Shown in pieces: positions 25,372 through 30,217 of a stretch of DNA of 30,217 nt. The stretch lies in IMG/VR virus record IMGVR_UViG_3300011335_000573, positions 1 to 30,217 of that record, one strand, 5' to 3'. The notes under the pieces were generated by a model. It had not been told where the DNA came from. It saw only the letters and a program-made list of their open reading frames with translations, and ran no database searches. Made by a program: the position numbers and the translations under genes. Origin of the DNA: a virus. Lineage: Duplodnaviria; Caudoviricetes. Position 1 is the stretch's first letter, and the number at the start of each line of letters is the position of its first letter.

Positions 25372-26156
25372 TGCAGGTTGATACGCACGTCGCCACCTAC
25401 GCGCCCTTCGACGCGCGCGCCGTTGCACAGGCCGCACGTCGAGCACGTCTTAGCCTTGCCAGACTCCGCGCTAGCAGGGCACGATACCCCCTTGACTGTG
25501 CCAGCGTCAGGCGCGTCAGGCGTGACCACGCGGAACGACCGATATCCCATTGCCCGCGCGTCGCGTTGATCGTCCGCGCTATCCGCGCTTGCCATCACGT
25601 AGCGGGACCAGGCGGGCGACGTGTCGCGCCATTGATGCGTGTACCCCGTGGTCACGCCATTCACCGCGCGGACTGCGTGCGTGAGATCGGCTGCGACCGA
25701 AAGGGGAAGGGCAGCGGGGTCACCGTATGCACCCAAGCGCACACCCGCGATACGTCCGACCTTGACGGCGATAGCCAGGGCCGCGCCCGCCGCAAGCGGG
25801 GTGAGGTATGAAACCTTTCCGTCGGACCACGCTTGCCACGCGCTACGCGGACCTTGATCGACGCGCACGTAGCAATCGCCTCCGAGCGCGGGGCGTTGTG
25901 GACAGTTGCCGCACACGCTCACGTCCCGTCCGTCACGCACGGCCAGGTGCGGCGCAACGTCGGCGCGCATGATCCAGAGCTGGGCAAGCGCGCCCGTCTT
26001 CTCGTTGCGGCTGATTGACTGTCCGCCACCCGTCAGGATTGCGACGATCCGCTCACCGTCGAGAGCAGAGGGACCGTCGTACACGACCACGGAGGGGAGG
26101 AGAAGCTTGCGCGTTACGCGCTCCGTGAGAGACTGAGAGAGAGAGATCTTAGGCAT
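25368..26156 (-). CDS. Cys-rich phage protein, GP88/radical-SAM-like (putative Fe-S enzyme)
   Basis: 262 aa with 'NEKTG', 'CGNC-x10-CY', 'VRLGAYGDP', 'TGYTHQW', 'MASADS', 'CPAS...TCSTCGLC' and a terminal 'INLH'. Confidence 0.65.
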   Translation of the reverse strand: MPKISLSQSLTERVTRKLLLPSVVVYDGPSALDGERIVAILTGGGQSISRNEKTGALAQLWIMRADVAPHLAVRDGRDVSVCGNCPQRPALGGDCYVRVDQGPRSAWQAWSDGKVSYLTPLAAGAALAIAVKVGRIAGVRLGAYGDPAALPLSVAADLTHAVRAVNGVTTGYTHQWRDTSPAWSRYVMASADSADDQRDARAMGYRSFRVVTPDAPDAGTVKGVSCPASAESGKAKTCSTCGLCNGARVEGRVGGDVRINLH

Positions 26157-26197
26157 GTCGTGCTCCGTTGATTGATTGTCGTGTTCCGTGATTCGGC

Positions 26198-26259
26198 TCT
26201 AAACCGACTCCGAATCCGTGCAAGGCGCGTACCCTACACGGATCCGGCGGCGACCTAGA
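26198..26259 (-). repeat. Conserved structured intergenic element, copy A
   Basis: Minus strand: TCTAGGTCG-CCG-CCGGATCCGTGTAGGG-TACGCG-CCTTGCACGGATTCGG-AGT-CGGTTTAGA. Includes the stop of the 26255-26482 gene. Confidence 0.85.
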
Positions 26260-26482
26260 ACGCGAAGGGACGGATGTATACGTGTGCACCCTTGACGTTG
26301 ACGTAGTAGGCACCCGTCATACCGTACTGGCACAGGTACACGCGGCGGGCGCGGCCCTGGACGGTAGCCATGTAGTGCGTGCGGATACGGCGACCGTACC
26401 CCTGTCCGTTCATACCAGACCATCCCTTGCAGGCATCTTCCGTGGTCGTGACTTCCTGTCCGTTATCGAGCTTGAATCGCAT
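26255..26482 (-). CDS. First early gene; small basic protein (GYGxxIxT...RRVY type)
   Basis: ATG at 26482 after ACGGAGCCCGA. 75 aa, directly downstream of the promoter at 26535-26573. Confidence 0.7.
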   Translation of the reverse strand: MRFKLDNGQEVTTTEDACKGWSGMNGQGYGRRIRTHYMATVQGRARRVYLCQYGMTGAYYVNVKGAHVYIRPFAF

Positions 26483-26534
26483 ATCGGGCTCCGTGTCGTT
26501 TCGTCGTCGGAGGGTCCGTCCCCCCGACATCTGT

Positions 26535-26573
26535 AGACTAGCCGGGTGCCTAGCCGGGTGCAAGGGGTTGCAC
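26535..26573 (-). promoter_or_regulatory. Repeated sigma70-like early promoter, copy 1
   Basis: GTGCAACCCC-TTGCAC-CCGGCTAGGCACCCGGC (17 nt)-TAGTCT. The -35 lies within the perfect inverted repeat GTGCAA-N4-TTGCAC. Confidence 0.75.
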
Positions 26574-27334
26574 GTACTTTCTGTAACTTTCTCTAGAACG
26601 TCGTGACTTGCTTGCATGCTCGCAATCATTCTGCAAGCATGAATAACGTAGGTAGAACGCGGGTTTATTCGCGACCAGGGTGCGTGATTGCATGATTGCA
26701 GGAATCACAGCACCTACACGTATAGGGGGATCCCCCCCCCTTGATCTAGACCTATAGGGCCTAAGAGGGGGGTAGGTCGCGCACGCGGGGGATACCTCTC
26801 TATACATTCTGCAATCAATATGGGAATAAGGTAGGAAGATCCTAGGCTTAGGGGTGCTTGCAGGGTGCTTGCGAGCATGGCAGTCAGGTAAGCATAGTGA
26901 TTACAGGGAGTTAGCGAGTTGCGACGATTTGGCCTATGGCTACCCTTAAGGAGATACCTCTAAGGTAATACATTAAGGGTAGGGAACCAGGGCAACCCCT
27001 CCGACACACCTTCCCTACGCGCAAGCCTAGCCACGCCTCCGAGCTGGCACGGCTTCCCCTCCGAGCTGGCCCTAGGGCAACGCGCCTCCGTACCCTCACC
27101 CCTTCGGTCGCAACCATCCCGCGCATGCGCCAGGTACGCGCCTCCCTCACGCGGGGGACGGCGCACCTCTCTCTCACGCGCGTGCGCCTTGCCGCTTGCC
27201 TACCTGTAGCGTGCGGCGCACCTGGCTTGCGTTAATCGCGTGATTACAGGTGGTTAGGCCCCCCTCCCCCCCCTGGTAACCGTCGTTTAATTCTCTAGCC
27301 CCTCTTTTTTTCGGTACGTACCTGCCCCTCAAGG
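26574..27334. other. Long non-coding region rich in short direct and inverted repeats (candidate genome end, pac site or origin)
   Basis: No ORF with the codon style or RBS of the real genes. Partly AT-richer, with G/C homopolymer runs and several 8-13-bp repeats. Confidence 0.6.
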
Positions 27335-27553
27335 CTAGGCTTCCCCCTGGCCATGCACCCACGCACTTACCCCTCGGAACACGGCAGTCTGATCCTCGAT
27401 AGCGGCCACCATCAGTTCCACGGGCACATCATCGGTCGTGCAGAACGTGGCAACGAGGCGTGCAATGGCGGTGCCCATCTCATGCGTGCAGGCATCGTCG
27501 TGCTTCGCAGCGGTTTCGACCAGGTCTTCGAGGATGGATTGTACGCGAGTCAT
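27335..27553 (-). CDS. Hypothetical protein
   Basis: 72 aa with an ATGA overlap with the MTase stop and a GAGG RBS. Confidence 0.6.
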   Translation of the reverse strand: MTRVQSILEDLVETAAKHDDACTHEMGTAIARLVATFCTTDDVPVELMVAAIEDQTAVFRGVSAWVHGQGEA

Positions 27554-28689
27554 GGTGTGCCTCTCATAATGGGCGGGATGGCGGCGTTGATGCGTGCGCG
27601 GGCGATGGCGAGGTAGTCCTCGTTCATCTCAATGCCGATGAAGTTGAAGCCTTCAAGTGCTGCGGCTTTCCCTGTCGAGCCACTACCCATGAACGGGTCG
27701 AAGACGGTGCCTCCTGGTGGCGTAACCATAAGGACAAGGTAGCGCATGAGGTCGGTGGGCTTGACCGTGGGGTGGTGGTTGTGGATGGTTGTGGCGGTAC
27801 GCCCTGCCCCTGCACCTGGAGACTTGGTGCCTGCTGAGCCTTCCTCACGTTCTACGGCTTCTGCGCCTGTGCGTGGCGGCAGCTCATCGCAGCCTTCCTC
27901 TCGGTCGGAACGCGAAGCCTTAGCGCAGTAGAAGAAGCGGGCCGCCTCTCCGAGCCCTGCGGTGGCCTCCTCGCTCCCATCGTGGATGAAGTTGGCGGGC
28001 CAGCGGCCAGATGCAGATCCACCTGTTCCTCCGGTGCCGCCACCGTGGTATCCGATGGGCCCATTTGGTCGGATGGTAGCGTCATCCCCCACCCTACACC
28101 CATCCACATTGATCGCGCCCGTCCCGTGCTTCAGCACGTTCGCCGCGACGGTGCCAGCCAGCGGCTTTCTCGCCACGCAGATCGGTTCGTGCGCGGGCTT
28201 CAGCGCGGTGCCCCATCCGGACCAGCGGCGGGCGGCGTCGGTGATGGGTTCATGTGCATCGACGGTCGAGGCGTGAGGAACGTCCTCCCCGCCCTGCGTG
28301 CGGTTCCCCGCAACGGAGACACGCTTCCCCCGATGCCCCATCGCGCCAGCCGCCTTGTCGATGGCGATGCTGACGTTTAACGACTTCGGGAACCCCGACC
28401 CATAGACCCACATGATCTGGTCGCGGATCTCGAAACCGACGACCTCAATAGCGCACGCCATCCAGTGATAGGTGCGCGAGCCTGAGAAGGCGAGAAGATG
28501 GCCTCCAGGCTTCAGCACGCGGAGAGCCTGTCGCCAGACCTCTTGGTCGTAGGCGATGCCGGATGCATCCCACGCCTTACCCATGAAGCCAAGCTCGTAG
28601 GGCGGGTCGCAGACGATGGAGTCCACGGAGTTGTCGGGCATCTCAGCCATGCGCTGGCGGCAGTCACCAAGTCGAATGTCTACGCTCAT
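27550..28689 (-). CDS. DNA N4-cytosine/N6-adenine methyltransferase (beta class)
   Basis: ATG at 28689 after AAGGAG. Catalytic 'DPPY' near the N-terminus, 'HPTVKP', and SAM-binding 'DPFMGSGSTG' near the C-terminus. Confidence 0.93.
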   Translation of the reverse strand: MSVDIRLGDCRQRMAEMPDNSVDSIVCDPPYELGFMGKAWDASGIAYDQEVWRQALRVLKPGGHLLAFSGSRTYHWMACAIEVVGFEIRDQIMWVYGSGFPKSLNVSIAIDKAAGAMGHRGKRVSVAGNRTQGGEDVPHASTVDAHEPITDAARRWSGWGTALKPAHEPICVARKPLAGTVAANVLKHGTGAINVDGCRVGDDATIRPNGPIGYHGGGTGGTGGSASGRWPANFIHDGSEEATAGLGEAARFFYCAKASRSDREEGCDELPPRTGAEAVEREEGSAGTKSPGAGAGRTATTIHNHHPTVKPTDLMRYLVLMVTPPGGTVFDPFMGSGSTGKAAALEGFNFIGIEMNEDYLAIARARINAAIPPIMRGTP

Positions 28690-28702
28690 TCTTTCATCTC
28701 CC

Positions 28703-28734
28703 TTGACGCAGGCTATCACGCCTTGCTATAGACT
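28703..28734 (+). promoter_or_regulatory. Sigma70-like promoter candidate for the rightward small-gene operon
   Basis: TTGACG-N18-TATAGA(CT), with a TGn extended -10, followed by an ACGGAGG leader. Confidence 0.55.
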
Positions 28735-28753
28735 TCACCACCACGGAGGGAGA

Positions 28754-28813
28754 ATGAGCAAGCTTCTAGACATCCTGGTCAACACGGTGCGCCGTTTCGG
28801 GAGGTGGCCGTGA
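28754..28813 (+). CDS. Possible 19-aa leader ORF
   Basis: MSKLLDILVNTVRRFGRWP, with a strong GGAGGGAG RBS and a GTGA overlap with the next gene. Confidence 0.4.
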   Translation: MSKLLDILVNTVRRFGRWP

Positions 28814-29052
28814 CCATCGACCTACTCGCTGAGGTTGATCGGCTCAGGAAGGAGCTGGACTACCTCAGCAACCGGCGTCGTCTCGACAACGGCGACCTTG
28901 CTCGCGCCTACGACGAGGGACGTGACCGTGAACGCGCCGCCGTGGTGGCGTGGCTGCGCGAGCAAGACGCAACTATCGACTTTCGCCCTCGCGTTTGGCC
29001 TATGGCCGAGATGATCGAACGCGGCGAGCACCGCCGCGAGGAGGAGCGATGA
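28810..29052 (+). CDS. Small protein of the ERAAVVAWLR...IERGEH family
   Basis: GTG at 28810 after GGAGGT. 80 aa, ending 'MIERGEHRREEER'. Confidence 0.75.
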   Translation: MTIDLLAEVDRLRKELDYLSNRRRLDNGDLARAYDEGRDRERAAVVAWLREQDATIDFRPRVWPMAEMIERGEHRREEER

Positions 29053-29273
29053 ACTGCGACCACATGAGGCGGTACTACGCTCGCGAGGATGAGCATGAAC
29101 CGCAGCCGCCGAGCGCGGGAAACTTCTGCACGAAGACCGGGTACGCATGGTGCGAAGACTGCAACGAACTTCTGTGGAAGTACAAGGTGTACCTCGACGG
29201 AAGCCGCGTCGAATTGGTAAACCTTCTACGCAAGCGCAGGAGCATCGAGCACCACCGCGAGGAGGAGCGATGA
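29049..29273 (+). CDS. Small Cys-rich (Zn-ribbon-like) protein
   Basis: ATG at 29049 (ATGA overlap). Contains 'CDH...C...CEDC' and ends 'IEHHREEER'. Confidence 0.7.
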   Translation: MNCDHMRRYYAREDEHEPQPPSAGNFCTKTGYAWCEDCNELLWKYKVYLDGSRVELVNLLRKRRSIEHHREEER

Positions 29274-29452
29274 CCATCGACGACGAGAAACTGCGTCTGT
29301 GGCTGGAGGCCGCCGTCGAGTCGGCCTTTCGTGCAGGGGCTTCCGAGGAGCGCGCCTCCGTGGTGGCGTGGCTGCGCGAAGAGTACGACACGCACAGCAC
29401 GCAGCATGCCGCCCTCCACATCGAGCGCGGCGAGCATCGCGAGGAACGATGA
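29270..29452 (+). CDS. Small protein of the ERAAVVAWLR...IERGEH family
   Basis: ATG at 29270. 60 aa, containing 'ERASVVAWLRE...HIERGEHREER'. Confidence 0.75.
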   Translation: MTIDDEKLRLWLEAAVESAFRAGASEERASVVAWLREEYDTHSTQHAALHIERGEHREER

Positions 29453-29475
29453 ACAACAACAATCAGGAGGTCAAC

Positions 29476-29787
29476 ATGGACAAGATCAGCATCAACGGCG
29501 TTGAATACGTCAAGGCAGACAGCATCACAACCGCACCGAGCGGAAACCGCGCCGTGGTCGTAGTGGATCGCGGGTGGATCTTCGCGGGAGACGTGACCGA
29601 GGAGAACGGTCGGATCTACTTGGACCGTGCCGTATGGGTATTCCGCTGGGAGAACATCGGGTTCGCTGCTGTAGTCGAGAACCCGAAGCAGAAGGGGATC
29701 GACATCCGGCGTCTCACTACCCGCGTAGATGTCCCGTCGGGCAGTGAGGTGTTTCGTCTCCCCGTCTCTGACGATTGGGGCCTCTGA
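29476..29787 (+). CDS. Small beta-barrel phage protein (DUF6948-like)
   Basis: ATG at 29476 after AGGAGG (alternative start at 29449). Contains 'ISINGVEYV' and 'VVVVDRGWIFAGDV...AVWVFRW'. Confidence 0.65.
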   Translation: MDKISINGVEYVKADSITTAPSGNRAVVVVDRGWIFAGDVTEENGRIYLDRAVWVFRWENIGFAAVVENPKQKGIDIRRLTTRVDVPSGSEVFRLPVSDDWGL

Positions 29788-29788
29788 G

Positions 29789-29893
29789 ATGCTACCCGTT
29801 GGCTACGGCTCCGGCTCCGGCGACGGCTACGGCGACGGCTCCGGCTACGGCTCCGGCTACGGCTACGGAACAGTCAACACGGACAAGCCATGA
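29789..29893 (+). CDS. Gly-X repeat micro-protein
   Basis: MLPVGYGSGSGDGYGDGSGYGSGYGYGTVNTDKP (34 aa). Starts 1 nt after the upstream stop and ends in an ATGA overlap with the next gene. Confidence 0.65.
   Translation: MLPVGYGSGSGDGYGDGSGYGSGYGYGTVNTDKP
29801..29866 (+). repeat. Hexanucleotide tandem repeat GGC-(TAC/TCC/GAC) x11
   Basis: Visible directly in the sequence. Encodes (G-Y/S/D)n. Confidence 0.9.
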
Positions 29894-30217
29894 CCGAAGA
29901 ACAGATCGCGCTCGCACGCCGCGCCGTGGCGTGTCGGGGATGGAAGTGGATGCCAGGGATGCGGACGACAGACGCCATGCGCGTCATCCACGACGAGACG
30001 GCATTTCCCGGTCGCCCGTGCGCCATCCGGGAAGGTAGCTGGGTAGACACCTCTCCCCCGCGCCCGCTGACGGACGCGCTCCCCGACCTCACCGACCCCG
30101 CCACGCTGGGCTGCGTGCTCGCGCTGGTGCGGGAGGCGCATCAGCAAGACAGCCTGTCCCCGGTGAAGGTTGGCCGAGACCGCTGGTGCCTTGCCGACTA
30201 CGGCACGACCGCGTTGG
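29890..30217 (+). CDS. Hypothetical phage protein (LARRAVAC...PDLTDPATLGC type), truncated
   Basis: ATG at 29890, open to the end of the window: MTEEQIALARRAVACRGWKWMPGM...LPDLTDPATLGCVLALVREAH. Confidence 0.7.
   Translation, partial: MTEEQIALARRAVACRGWKWMPGMRTTDAMRVIHDETAFPGRPCAIREGSWVDTSPPRPLTDALPDLTDPATLGCVLALVREAHQQDSLSPVKVGRDRWCLADYGTTAL

Noticed and set aside
23956-26259. Reading the repeated elements as a CRISPR array or as simple intrinsic terminators
   Set aside because: The units are separated by whole genes rather than 30-40-nt spacers, and there are no cas genes. They lack U-tracts and conserve an internal loop that terminators do not need.
23956-26259. Calling the elements true integron attC sites
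   Set aside because: They lack the RYYYAAC/GTTRRRY cores and no IntI gene is present. Only the architecture is analogous, so this is kept as a hypothesis.
26550-27362. Short ORFs in the long intergenic region (26550-26807, 26911-27177, 26960-27166, 27174-27362)
   Set aside because: No convincing RBS, atypical codon usage and Arg/Gly/Pro-rich junk composition. A small real gene cannot be fully excluded.
29775-30038. 87-aa ORF with ATAPAT repeats
   Set aside because: Wrong frame of the hexamer repeat. The Gly-X frame (29789-29893) and the next gene (29890 onward) fit the stop/start overlaps.
1-30217. Stop-codon reassignment (alternative genetic code)
   Set aside because: Genes are intact and densely packed under the standard code, and both TAG and TGA terminate genes at sensible positions.

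Overview
This GC-rich window is a large part of a tailed dsDNA phage genome (Caudoviricetes), probably podovirus-like given the capsid, portal and adaptor types and the absence of a tape-measure or sheath gene here. The host cannot be named from the sequence. Modules in order: (1) a leftward head operon (8361 to <1) with a small basic protein, TerL, portal, Zn-ribbon protein, acidic protein, scaffold, major capsid protein, cement protein and an enlarged head-tail adaptor; (2) a divergent rightward operon (8509-14592) of virion accessory/fibre genes, a holin-like gene and an M15 endolysin; (3) a leftward recombination operon (ERF, SSB, Gp157, HTH proteins); (4) a rightward replication operon (C5-MTase-like, RuvC-like, Zn-finger/TOPRIM primase, DUF927 helicase); (5) a leftward array of small early-type genes (22097-26482); (6) a ~760-bp repeat-rich non-coding region, possibly a terminus, pac site or origin; (7) an N4/N6 MTase and a rightward run of small paralogous genes. 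The main finding is a ~61-67-nt structured element present three times in the early array, each starting at the TAG stop of the upstream gene. It has a conserved outer stem, an invariant CCG/AGT internal loop, a conserved G-U pair, an apical TACGCG and a 16-bp inner stem whose sequence covaries. The array also carries a repeated promoter (CAACMCCTTGCAC-N17-TA...) and a repeated ACGGAG(CCCGA) leader, so it looks like a cassette system. All family assignments come from motif recognition by eye; no database search was run.
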